A stretch of 64,000 bases of DNA from Podarcis tiliguerta (taxonomy: Eukaryota). Position 1 is the first letter of the stretch, and every line of letters starts with the position of its first letter. The notes beneath the pieces were generated by a model, which saw only the letters and a program-made list of their open reading frames with translations, did no database searches and had not been told where the DNA came from. The stretch lies in the NCBI GenBank assembly GCA_965153285.1, contig OZ229115.1. One strand, 5' to 3'. Of the stretch, positions 23,673 through 36,258 are shown piece after piece. The translations under genes and the position numbers were made by a program.

Positions 23673-26600
23673 CTCAAGGAGGGCTGCTTTGCTTGTTTGT
23701 GGATTACTCTACAAGTCTGAAATTCACAATTACTTGATGGCTTCTTTTCAACTAGCTAGAAGGCTCACTTTTCTTGTGCTCCAGGAAAAGCTTATGCCTC
23801 ATAAATTACCTTAACAATACTTAATGTGGCTTTGCCACAAAATCAGATCCATGCCAATAAATTATAAGTTGATGTTAAACACCCCAGTCTATTTCTGTTG
23901 CCTTTTATCCTTTAAACATTCAGTGGAAGATATTTCTTTCCTTTTCTTTTTTCTAAGAAGCAAAAGCACATTCTATCAAAAATGATTTATATGAAGCAAT
24001 ATTGCCCTTACAATGAGCTGTCACATTTCAAACAGATCAAAGGTGGCCTATGAAAGCGGGAACATGCTCTCAGGCTATGCTAATTCCAAAGTGATTCCTT
24101 TCCTTCCTTCCATCCGTCATCAGAATATATATGCTTACAACCGACTTGTCTGGTGGGGAAGGCTTCTCCTTTGTCAACATCAAAGCAACTGTCCCCGTGA
24201 CTTCCAAGAAGTCACTCCTTGCATTTTAATGTTCCGCAATAATAATGATGATGATAATTACCCTATTCATGGGCTTAACATTTTTAAAGAGGTCTTTACT
24301 TTCTTTCTGTCTGCTTCCAAACTGTTTTTCCTAAAGACATGAGGAGAGGGTGGTGCACCAGTTCTATGGGTTGAGATGTTTCACTGGTTCTTTGCGAGCA
24401 GTGTAATAGAAGTCAATATGTTGAAGGACAGCATTTATCGGGCAAATTCTTCTGTCTTTCCTTCTTCTTTGAAGTCAGTGTTGGAATAATTTTGCAATAT
24501 GGGGTGACAATGGAAAACAGCCAGCTGGAACAATGGCTTCTATTGCATCTGCCTCCCCTTGCTTGGATTAAGCACATGCTGAGGAACTGATAGTCGCCAA
24601 TTGCTACCTAGATGACCAGTGTTACATGTGTTTAGTCTGGGACATGGCACTTTGGCCCATTTTCCTCCCTCACTTTTTTCCTTTTGAAGAAGTTACCTCA
24701 ATTATATAAAGGTGGCACGGTTGCTGAAACATGGAAACACCTCAAACGGGCTACAAAGAATAGCCCACGTACACACACACACGAGCTTCTAAAGCACCCT
24801 TTATATAAGGCACACTCTATTTCCACAAGTCAAGGAACCCTCTGAGGAAACTTTCACTGTAGTTTGAGGGACTGCAGTCAGAAATTGTACATTTCTTATT
24901 CTTTATTAATGTATATTTTGCTCAATGCCAAAACAGCCTTCCACATATAATATTACCAAAGTTGGGCGCCATGCTACCATGATGTAACATGTAAACATAT
25001 ACATAACTAGAGTGATATGACTTTGTGTGTGAAAGATAAAATTGCCTTAAGGATCAGAAACACCATGCTCAGGAAAAGGTGGCTGAAAGATCTTGAGCTG
25101 ACTTTTGAAGAGGGCTTCAGAATCTGCCATGCTTCAGTTCTGATACTCGCAAATGGGGACATATGAGATGGCATTCTAAGCATCTCTGTGGGATGTGCAT
25201 TCGAAATGTTGCAGAAAACCAAGCTGCTTCCATTGTCTTTTATTTTCATTTGAAAGACAAGCCTCAAGAGTCTTGTCTGAGCTTTTAATCCAATCAAGCT
25301 CTCTTCTTTTTCTCACTCTTACTGAAAACGCAATAATTATAACTTATAGCACCTGCTTGCTTTGGAAGTCTTTGGTTTACTTTTGGCTGGCAGAGAAACA
25401 GAGTGTACCCATCTGCTTTAGGTAAGAGCTTGTTGTAACCACAATGTTGTTAATTAGCCTGACACACGACTCTCCTAGAGTGCGCATGGTATGCCCTTAC
25501 CACACCTATAAAACTGCTGGTAGACGGACACTTTGCCAGGGAATCACGACTGAATCACTGCCTTAAATAAGGCCTAGCATCTGACATGTAGTTTAGAGTT
25601 TTTGCCATCAGGTGTAGATGTGCCTCTTCAAAGCCTCTCATTTTGTGCAGACTGCAAATGAGAAGAATGCAGACGAAAGGAAGCACAAAGGACTACTTCA
25701 AACTCTCTTGCCCTGCCTCACCCCATCATTAATAACTCTGTGCTGCTTCCTCCTCAGGCTTTTCTGTCTGCATCTCTTCAGAACAGAACAGTGTTGCCAA
25801 CCTGGTGCCCTCAAGCCAGCACAGAGCTGCAAGTCCAAAACACCGAGGACAAAAGCTGCAATAGCAGGCGCTGGTTCTGCTTGCCAGAGGTATAAATGAG
25901 TGCTTCAGAACATATATGGAGCATCTAGGCAACATCTAAAACAGCCCTTGCCAACTTGCTGCCTTCCAGATGTTGTCAGACTACAATGTCCATCAGTCTC
26001 AGCCAACAAATGCTGAACTCCTGTAACTTTTTATACCACAAATGTTCACTTTATTTTTTGTCTGCTTTTGTTGTGCAAGTGGGCCCCACTCCCAGACAGC
26101 AAAAAGGCAATGACATTGTACAGCATCACAGAACACATAAAGTGGGATGGTTATGTGGACAGTCCGGTATCATTCCACCACTAATGCATTGTTATTGTAC
26201 CAGTAACATGTTGCAGAATATACTCGCCAAAGAAACAAACAAACCCACATCAAAAAAAGTCTGAAGGGCCATCTGTTAATTTTGATATATTATGGCATCA
26301 TAAATACAAACACCTCCTGCAGCACAGATTATGGGATTTCCCCCTCACCCCCCAATTTCAAACCTGTAAATATCACATGGAGAAACAATAAAGGCAATAT
26401 TGTACAATTCTGCATCATCTACCTGTCCTGGCCTCCAATGTGCAAGCCTTTTAATACCCACACCGGTGTGGAATATTTTATGGAGTGCTGCTTGATTTCC
26501 AAGCAGTAGGTAAGTTAGCATTCTATGAAACGAAACACTTCAGGGCAAATGGAAAAACCACAGCCTCTAGGCAAATGTAAATAAACGATTCAGGTCCCCA

Positions 26601-29600
26601 CTCAACTTGTAATGTTTGGAAGCCACTCGGCAGTGATCTATGGATGCTCCAGGTTGGCAATAAATATATAGTAGACTTGTGGAAAATTACTCATAGATTC
26701 TAAATGGAAGGAAATACAGACCTGGTCTTTCTTCTGATAAAATGACCAACCCTGGGAAGATACAGAAATAATAGAAGGGCATTTGACACAAAGCCAATTT
26801 GAATGAAGAAGTATTGGCAGCCCCAATGAAATCTGAGGAAATCAGCTTAGCTTCAGATATTGCTTAACGCACAAAGCAGCCTGCTAAGGGGGAAATTGTT
26901 TACTCAATGACTTTTCATCTCTCTCAAATCAGACCTAATTTATCCTAATAACTACTAGTCTAATGGGACTTAATGAGGGCAGGGAGATCTCCAAAGAGTG
27001 GTTTTCTCCCTCTATTAAATCTGGATGCAGGAAACAAATTGCCATTGTAGAGGGATTTTGGTTTCTTCTTTCTGTAGGGAGGATGCAATAAACATTCTTT
27101 CTCCTCCTGTGATGGAACTCCTATTTGGGGACTTCCCTGGCTTTTTTCTGGCCCATGTAGGACCAGTCTGGATAGTTAGCCTTGGTGAAGACTTGACGTT
27201 TTCATCCCCAAAAAAGTTTCTTTTTTGAGTTTCCATTGAAATGAGGCTGCATTTTAATGTTTAATGTTGTATTTTAATCTTGTTTTTAAAGTTGTATTTC
27301 AATCAGTTTGTTTTATATCGGTTGGTAGCTGCCCTGAGCCCGGTCTTGGCTATTATTATTATTATTATTATTATTAGGTCTGGCTTGTTTTCATCAGGTA
27401 AAATATCTGTATAAACTAGTTTGCATTAAAATTGCCTTCCCTTGATGTGTCCTACCCATTCCTGCAGATGCGATTTAACAGCTGTAGTGTGTAACACTGT
27501 TCATCAATAGCAACCTGACAGCAATACTCATGGGCATGGTGGCTTAAAACAATTTTATGAAAGTGGAATATTTGTGGCTATATCCATAGCGAGGTAGGGG
27601 GCGGATTATAGGTTATACCTCCATAAGATCATGGGTAGGCATTTGACTCAAGTTGCATGACCTGGAGGCAATTTTGACCATATGCAGTGGGAGTTAATGT
27701 TCAATCCAAATGTTATAAACACGGATGGAGTTCAGATGTGATATTCACTCTCGTTTCTATATCTTCATGCCCAACATCACAAACAAAGAGAGGATCTATG
27801 ATGAGATCCATGTACTGTACTTGAGAAGACCACATATTTCGCTGCAGTGTGGTTCATGAACCACAGTGCCATTAGAAGTGGAAGGTCTAACTTCAACATA
27901 TTAAAATGCATAACCTTTGGTATTTGATCTCAGGATTCTACTGAAGGAAATCATTTACAGCCCTTGTTTCTTATGGTTATTACGTCAGTGACTGGTGCTC
28001 ATCATGCAACCACCATGAACAAAAGTTCCCAAGCTGGGTCAGTGTGAACTCTTCTGAGTTAAAACAGGGTAAATATGGCCAGTCTTGTTATGCTAAACAG
28101 ACATCACAGGGGAAAGAATCATATTACCATATATATATTTTTTAGAAAAACATTTTTTGCACTACTACTGGTCAGACTAAATGTGGGGTTCTTTTTGCTA
28201 AAAGACATGCAAAATGCCAGAAGAACACCGGCAACATCATGTGGTCCCTCAATCAAAAATTCTAGAACATTCAAGGTATGAGACAATTTCAGGTAGTGCA
28301 GATGGGCCCTGTATTCCCAGGCTTAATCCTCCCAAAGTTAGGCCTTTCCACTCTGTCATTTTCCTGCAGGGTGTAAAAGCAGCAGCTGGCTACCCCAAAG
28401 AATGCCAACCAAATGGAAGCAAGGATGAGAGAACAAATACCCAGGTATGATTACTATTGCAATCATTCAGATATACGGAGACCTGAATAACGTTGGTTTA
28501 AAGACTTATGGCACACTGTTTCTCCTTTCCACAGTACGAGGTATATACTTATATGATTCACTTTGGTGGAAGAAAAGGATCTCTCCCCACAACAAATGCT
28601 AATTATTCAGTTTCAGCCAATACATTACTGCTCATTGTTGAGGGGGAGAGTACCGGTAGATGCTTCATGTGCTTGGATGCTCTCCAGACCACATGATTGG
28701 AGGAGAAAGTTCAAAATCACCTCTTTTGTATTGAAAGTGCACTTGCTTTGAAAGAGATCCTATAAGAATCTGACTTGGATTTCATTGGTAAGTCCATATT
28801 CCCATTTGCTTCGAGGAAACAGTTCCTGCAATAAAATCTTGTCCCTTTCAGAGAGCAAACTGCCTCAAAAACAAAAGAAAATGGTCATTCTCAGGGACAG
28901 CGAAAGCTCATATGTCCCACAGCTAAAATGCAGTCACCTCTGGGCTGGATGGTTTTAACAGCACAGCTGTGCGAGGGAGGAGGGAAAGGAAATTATGATG
29001 TGGAGAGCTGTTTGAATTAGGAATCACAGAGGGATTGTACAATGAATGGCACTGCATAATGACTTGCCATGGAACTAGGCAAAGCATCTGTCATTAGGAA
29101 AATTATCTTTTAACATCTCCGAAGATCATGTTTATTCATCCCAAAGGTAATACCTTTGTCCATGTGCATTCTCTATTGGCCTCTTATGGAGGCTTATAAC
29201 TCAAAGACTAGATTGTTGAGTGACAGCATTAAAAAGCAATTTCATCAGAACATGGCTGTTACAGGGTGCTATCAGACAGTGGGTTTTGCAAGTGTCATGC
29301 TTGCAGATTGAGTGCCCTACACTAGCAAGCCACATGGGGACTAATCTCTATACTAAGAATTCCTAACACCAGCAGGATTAGTGACATGAGGGAGAACAGC
29401 ACAGTACAAATTGGTGGTGGCAGCACAGCCCTACTTTATATTTCGCATTCCCTGCGATAACACACTTTTTAGCATTGGATTGGAACAAATGGTAATTTAG
29501 GTTCCACAGATAGTCATTTGCTGCAACTGAGCATTAAAGAGTGGGTTTTCATGGGGAAAGTGCTGGGACATGAAAAAGAAAAAGTGCTCAGACGGTGCGC

Positions 29601-30409
29601 TTTAAAATGCAGACCTGCTACTAGAAAGCATGGGGCAAAGGTAAGTGGATGAGCCCCAAGACTAGGTGTCAGGGTCATATTTCTCTTCTGTTGAAACAGC
29701 TTTGTTGTATCCTGGTTCATTTCCAAACTCAATCAAAGTCCTGATACTTACCTTTAAAGCTCTATAAGGCTTGAGGCCCAGGTATCTTTTGGTCTAGCTT
29801 CCTCCATACCAATCTATCTACTGAGATGTTTTTTAAGCAGATGGGAGTAATATGTTTTATTCCACTGTGTTTCTTGTACTTTAAGGTGATTCCAGGTGAC
29901 CTGTTTATTGGGCATTCATCCTGATCTGCTGTTGAGGTTAGTGATGTTGAACCAAAGCAGGTATTATCACACATTTCCCAGTGCATTTTGCCATCCCTTT
30001 CCTTATCACAAAATGTCCAATATTTTGGGGGAACGAACTTGACGACATGTAATGGAAGCACCCTTAATGCTGTGTGTAACTCGTTGTGTGACAGAACTAT
30101 TGCTGCCCCGTGGCCATTTGGCTCCAGAGTCTATGAACCTTTTCTGTGTTTACAAACTAAGGATAGCATTTCATGCTTCTGCTCAGTTGGGCTCTAGTCC
30201 ATGAAAGCTCTAGTCCATGAAAGCTCACAACCGTTCAAGTGCTAATCCTGATCCAAGAGAGAACTCAGATAGAGTGGCAACCACATCTTTCTGCACTCCT
30301 GCTTCCACCTTCCTTTAGCTCAAATTCCGCACTATTATCTTTTTCAAGGAAAGAAATGGAACCATGGATTTAGCCAACCGAGGTACTGCAATAAGACATA
30401 AGGCGGTAT

Positions 30410-30565
30410 TAGGAACATAGGAAACTGCCTTATAACAAGTCAGACCATTGGACATCTATCTCAGTAATATCTAGTGGCTCCAGGATATCAAATACAATTC
30501 TCTCTTAGCCCCACCTGAAGATGCCAGGGATGAAACCTGGGACCTTCTGCAAGCAAAGCAGACAT
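30410..30565 (-). mobile_element. Old tRNA-head / CR1-tail SINE-like repeat
   Basis: TAGGAACATAGGAAACTGCCTTA...CAGACCATTGG; inverted relative to 30745-30935. Confidence 0.65.
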
Positions 30566-30744
30566 GATCCTTCAAAAAGTTTTTTTTACGAAACGCTTCC
30601 AAATATTTGTGTCCGTTTGAAAATTACCTCCCAGTTCTAAAATTTCTGGTGCTTTGTACCATATTCTTTTCTCTAGCACCTGCTCACAAGACGGGAAGCC
30701 TGCCCTAAAGATTCCTATGAAAACCTTACTGGATTTTTTGGAGG

Positions 30745-30935
30745 GGGAAATGTGATGCCTTAGTGGTAGAGCATCTGCTTTGCATGCAGGTACCAGGTTC
30801 AGTCCCCAGCATCTCATGGTTGGGCCGAGAGAGATTCCCATCTGAAACCATGGAGAGCTATTGCTAGTCAGTGTAGGCAATGCTTAGTGAAATGGACCAA
30901 TGGTCTGGCTCAATCTAAGGCAGCTACCTATGTTC
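30745..30935 (+). mobile_element. Old tRNA-head / CR1-tail SINE-like repeat
   Basis: TAGTGGTAGAGCATCTGCTTTGCATGCAG..GGTTCAGTCCC..TGGACCAATGGTCTG..AAGGCAGCTACCTATGTTCC. Confidence 0.7.
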
Positions 30936-31174
30936 CCATTTCACCCCAACCACTAAAAATATTCTTGTTTAGACAAGCCTACTCAGATGCTTAGAACGCT
31001 GAGGTAATTCTATTCTGTTTTAATATTTTAGTATGTTTCACAGGTGTGTTTTTTAACCAATCAAGTGGCGTACAATTTTTTTTGAAATAAAATAAATAAA
31101 TAAAACAAAGTATTGAATAACACTTGTTTCAGAGATCCCATAACAGCTTAAAGGGACAATCCATTAGGACTTAC

Positions 31175-31246
31175 AGTGACTGAAGGTTTGGAAGATCCCA
31201 CAGAGCTTCTGCTGGGATACGACTGAGCTGATTGTTCTGTAACATC
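31175..31246 (-). CDS. LGR6: LGR6 exon 4 (MLQNNQLSRIPAEALWDLPNLQSL)
   Basis: cttctacttatAG acceptor, 72 bp, CT|GTAAGT donor. Confidence 0.95.
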
Positions 31247-31538
31247 CTATAAGTAGAAGGGGAAAAAATGACAACTTTAAAAAATAACCCTCAACAAAAT
31301 GGGGTATACAGAATTCCACCCCCCCCCTCCCCAAACAAGATTTCAGAATACAAATGCTGTTCAAAGCCCAAAACCTTCCATTAACAAGGGAACAGGGCTG
31401 CTGAATACAGTTCTAGGAATGGCATTCCAAAGCCCATTTGTCCTGAAACCGCAGACTTCATTGCTTGCATGGATTGTGGGACTCTGGCAGAAATGTAAAC
31501 CTGTCAAGGGCTAATGTTTTCTCAATGTAAAATCTATA

Positions 31539-31765
31539 CAGTGTTACCTCGGGTTAAGTACTTAATTCGTTCCGGAGGTCCATTCTTAACCTGAAACTGT
31601 TCTTGACCTGAAGACCACTTTAGCTAATGGGGCCTCCTGCTGCCGCATGATTTCTGTTCTCATCCTGAAGCAAAGTTCTTAACCCGAGGTATTATTTCTG
31701 GGTTTGTAGTGTCTGTAACCTGAAGCGTATGTAACCTGAAGCGTATGTAACCCAAGGTCCCACTG
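31539..31765. mobile_element. Tc1/mariner MITE, complete
   Basis: CAGTG...CACTG ends with TA TSD; same family as 20590, opposite orientation. Confidence 0.88.
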
Positions 31766-32687
31766 TACAAAGTAGCACCACGATTCCTGTGACTTAGTAT
31801 ATCCAGGTGAACACCTGGAATTAATTGGGAATTAGTTTAGGGGAAAGGCCACTCTGTTCATAATTATTGTTACTTTTTACATAGCACCATCAGTGTGCAT
31901 GATGCTTCACCGGGTATAAAAGGACACATATCTGCCCAAGCAACTGACCATTTAAAATCTGACACAGGAAAAGCGATAGAAGAGCATGATGTAAATTGAA
32001 ACCAGGATAAAGAGGGAAGTAATGAGAGATTGTTTCAGTTCCCTGTGCTTAGGCTTAGGTTTAGTTACAGGTGCGACACAGAATGGCATGGAAACTAGGC
32101 ATTATGGAAAAGGTGGCTTCTGAGGGGGGATCTGCAAGAAATAGCATGCAGGTGTCTGGGAGAATATATGCATTCCTTTTGTGGAGAATAGAAATACTGT
32201 GAAATTTCATTGGAGTTCTGATATTATATTACCATAATGGTTTTTATTCTGAAGAGTAATTTTAGGCCTCTTTACATGAGTTTTTGGGACACCTCAGAAA
32301 AGTGAGAATGTCTTGCACAGATCTGAGCAGAATCACCCATAATGTTATGCCTAGGGATGGATGCAAGATTCTGAATATGCACACTAGTTCCGATAAAACC
32401 CCAAATAAGGGCACTCAATTTCAAAACTGCTAAAAGTATCTCATATGTCATGTGTTCTGCCCATTTCGTACTTCTCTACTGCTACAAAAGGTTTCCTTGA
32501 GGTATCTGGAGCTGATCTCCACAAACAGGAAAAATCATGTAGTAAAGTCCTTCTGGGACTGTACGCTTCAGGCTTCAAACATGGAATCACATTTTTTATG
32601 CAACCCTCACATTAAACTTTCTGCAGGCAGAAAATTGCACAACAGAGAGAAAGGTTCCAGCCAAAAAATCTCCCTCATGCATGAATG

Positions 32688-32987
32688 CAGGGGCGTAGGA
32701 AGGGGGGTGCAGGGCGCCCCAGGTGTCATCCTGAAGGGGGAGTGACATTTGGCGCAGCCCCCCCGCCCGCAACTTCCCCAAGCGCAGCGAGCGGCAAAGT
32801 GGCAAAGCAGCTGCTGCGGCTCTCCCCCTTTCCCCGGCTCACTGTATGCTTCCAGGTCGGGGGGGGGGCGGCCCCCGGGGAGGATTGCGCAGCTGTGCCG
32901 AGATCAGCCCCATGGGCAGATCACCCCGCCCCCGGGTGCACAGCATGTGTGCCACTCTGGGTGCCAGAGCACCCAGCTCTGCCACTG
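32688..32987. mobile_element. GC-rich non-autonomous DNA element (hAT-like ends)
   Basis: CAGGGGCGTAG...CTCTGCCACTG ends; related to 8097-8460. Confidence 0.65.
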
Positions 32988-33071
32988 CCTGGCTTCACAA
33001 GCTCTGATGATCAGCTGATGTTGGGGCATGCGCCATGTGCTGAAAAAGATTCCGTACTCCTGACTTTAGAA

Positions 33072-33074
<3 letters not shown>

Positions 33075-33117
<43 letters not shown>
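33075..33117. repeat. (TAT)n microsatellite
   Basis: Direct reading. Confidence 0.95.
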
Positions 33118-33119
<2 letters not shown>

Positions 33120-33993
33120 ATGTACAGAACTTAGAACTTGGACTGTTCTAGTAAGCCTTTATGGAGATGCATCACAGCTCAGTTGAAAACCACATACTTG
33201 AATGTAGAAGGTTTGAGGTTCAGTGCCCAGTATCACCAGGTAATGCTACAACACACCCACAGCCAGTCAACATAAATAGTACTGTGTTAGATTGGCCAAT
33301 GGTCTGACTTCCTACAAAGCAGCTTCTTATGGAAATGGTAGAGCACAGAAGGTACCGTCTTCCACCCACCTCTTTCTTTATTGCACTGGCTTAGCATGTT
33401 ATGAACAGCCAGGGATAAATGACAGACGTCACAGTCAAAAGGAGTAGTAAAGCTGCACTGTGTGGGGCCAGGCAGCTCATTTCTCTTTTTGGAACAATGG
33501 CTCTAATCACAGGGCTCAGTGGACATGCTGCAGTTTACACTGGGAGTAGCCTGCCAGCCCCACTGCTTTCAGTAAACATCTCTGACTAATGATAGTAATT
33601 TGCATTTACCCAAGTAAACACTAGAAGCACAACGTGGACAGTGCAGGTCCCTAGGGTGCTGTGTTTTCTTTCTTCAGTACAAAACAGCAGAGGACAAAAG
33701 GTGATTCCCAAGAAAAATACTCATCGTCATATTAAAGAACACCCAAATGAAGACAAACAATCAAACATAGTTTCACAGATCTAGTATATATGAAATGTAA
33801 GAAGAACCCGACTGGATCCACTTGCTATAACTATGCCTTTTAAATATATTGAACAGTGATACAGAATTATATATAAATAGCAAAGTTGCTGAATGTGATC
33901 CAGATAATAAACACATGGAAGCAAAATATTATAAATTAAACAAATTCAAGAAAACTCTTTAACAAGCTCATTGACAGGTTAACAGGTTGCTTT

Positions 33994-34617
33994 ATTCATG
34001 AGTGATCATGGGGGAAATGGAGATGGGAGGCACCAGCTGGGAAACCTCCAAGGGAAGCCCCCAAGGGGCTCAGAGCCAGAGGATTGGTGGCAGAACAATG
34101 ATGAGTGGTCAGAGGGAACAGAGTGGAAGGAGGAGGTGTTGGAAGCTGAAGATGTAACATGTGTTAGTGAGCAGGGAGAGTCTGTGGCAGAGAGCAGTCC
34201 AGCACCAGGGGCAGAAGAGGAGGCTGGGGAAGAGGGGGGCCAAGAGGTAACAATGAGTGAGGTTGGTGATGAAGCCAAGCAGTCTCCCCCTCCTGCTCCA
34301 ACCAGCTCCCCTCCAGTCTGGTCTCCCAGAACCAGAAGAGGTATGAAGAGGGCAGAGTAAAGACAGGCAAACTGAAGGAGCCTCAGATTGCTTGGGAAGG
34401 AGCTGGGGAGGAGATGACTTCGGGAGCTGGGTGAAGGCAGAGACCTTCAGTCCTCACAACTGCCATATTGGGGCAAGATCTACTGAGAAGAGTTGCTATG
34501 CTCATTTGGCCTGGCCTCCTAAGCTGTTTTTTAAAAAAATAAATAAATATTATTTTATTCTTATTTATTCATCAAAAGATCTCAGCGCAGTTCACCAGAG
34601 AGTTAACTCAACTGACA
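33994..34617 (+). mobile_element. Purine-rich LTR-like repeat (probable degenerate solo LTR), homologous to 60173-60520
   Basis: Shared GATGAGTGGTCAGAG, GAGTCTGTGGCAGAGAGCAGTCCAG and AACCAGAAGAGGTATGA; AATAAA near the 3' end; ends TGACA; no clear TSD. Confidence 0.6.
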
Positions 34618-36134
34618 CTGTGTGAATGATTGCTGACCTGCTACTGACCACCCGTCTTGATAGCTGTTCAGGAAACCCTGGTACTGCTGGAACCTCTATC
34701 TTGTGTGCAAGTGATACCATAAGCACCAACAGTCACACCTGAACATGAAAACAGGGGGAAGCAAGTTGTACCTGCAACAAAACATTGCTATGTGGTGCAC
34801 TCCCTGTTCTTGATTCCTGCAACTCCATTGCCTGCTGCATGCAGGCATGGTTCGTATTCATGTGCATATGATAGCAAGGTTTCCAGTGGGACTCTGGTGG
34901 GTGTGGGTGTGCGCACGCTTGTATGCACATTTGTATGTGTAATAGAGGCAGGGCAGGGCTCTGGGGCTGATCCACTTCTCCTTGGAGAATGTCTCTGTAT
35001 GTTTATTTGCTCCCTTTGGTTTTAATGATTGAGCAAGATGAAAGGGAGAAAGGTATAGATCAAGGGCTGCTTGCCCGCCACTCCAGGGAGGGATTTAAAG
35101 AGACAGCATCGATTCATGTGTTTCCCCATGCCTTCTGGGGAAAGCCATTCATTTAATCATAGGAATGCTTTCCCACACAGCCCCACATCTGAAGCAGCCT
35201 CTCCCGCCTAATTGACTGACACTCCGTGAAGCCTATCTCAATGACTCCTTGCATGTAACAAAAACATTCTCACCCGAAGCTTGGAGTTGCTATTCTGCCT
35301 GAACTGCTCTTCTTCTCCGCACCCTCCCACAGAACAGCATGTTGTGCATATACAATTACAATTCTTCTTGTGCAACACATTTTAACTAATCAGTTGGGAG
35401 GGGGGTGTTTGTTGTTTTATTGCGAAGGTTTCCTCTCCTCCACCTCACAGATTCTCTATGCCTGAAAGCTCTCGCATGAAAAATTACTACAGAACCAGGT
35501 TCAAAAACCTGGGTTTGTTCACATGACCAAATTGGCATGTTGGAAATGTAGGGATGAAAGGATCTGTATGGTGAACTGCTGACATGACACTGTACAATCA
35601 GACTGAATTATGGGTGTATAATGGGTTCTACATATTGAAGTAATACCTTACATATTGAAATCCCTTGTTGCTAAAAATTAAACTCAATGTGAAGGACTGC
35701 CAGGGATTTCCCCATTTCCCCCTTAGGCTTCCCTCCTGTGTGGATGCAGGACCGGGGGCCCCATCAGCTGTGCTTGCTGGTGAAAAATGACTGGGTGATA
35801 AACCAGGTAAGGAACAGCTGGGGAGAGGCTCGACTGTTGAACATGACATTTCAGTGTTCCTTATGACTAAGGAACAACAGAAGGGCTGGGGTAGAGAGGG
35901 CCTGCTCCCCTTTCTAGTTGACCTGAAGTCCAGCAGAGAGAAGTTGCTAGGAAGGAACAGGAGAGGCTGGCAAGCTACAGGGTGAGGTTTGAGGCCTCAG
36001 CCTCAGCCCAACTGGTGTCCCAACAAGGAACTGGGGGGGGGGGAGGGTATATGAAGCAACACTGGGTCCCTAATAAACAATGTGTGCAAGAAGAGAGGGA
36101 CTGGGTACAGGAACACCGGGCCTTTTGAATACCC

Positions 36135-36258
36135 GCCAGTTACCTCAGTTGTGGTGCTGATGATGCCAAGGTCACAGGTTTGGTCCCCATACAGGCCACA
36201 TATTTCTGAATTACAGGGGGTTGGACTAAATTATCCTCAGGGTCTATGATTCTATGAT
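36135..36258 (+). mobile_element. tRNA-Ile-head / CR1-tail short SINE
   Basis: GTGGTGCTGATGATGCCAAGGTCACAGGTT..CCCCATACAGGCCA head; CAGGGGGTTGGACTA..CTATGATTCTATGAT CR1 tail. Confidence 0.7.

Noticed and set aside
33998-34360. Acidic protein ORF (and the similar 60247..60720)
   Set aside because: Purine-rich dispersed repeat; the frame is not conserved between the two copies.
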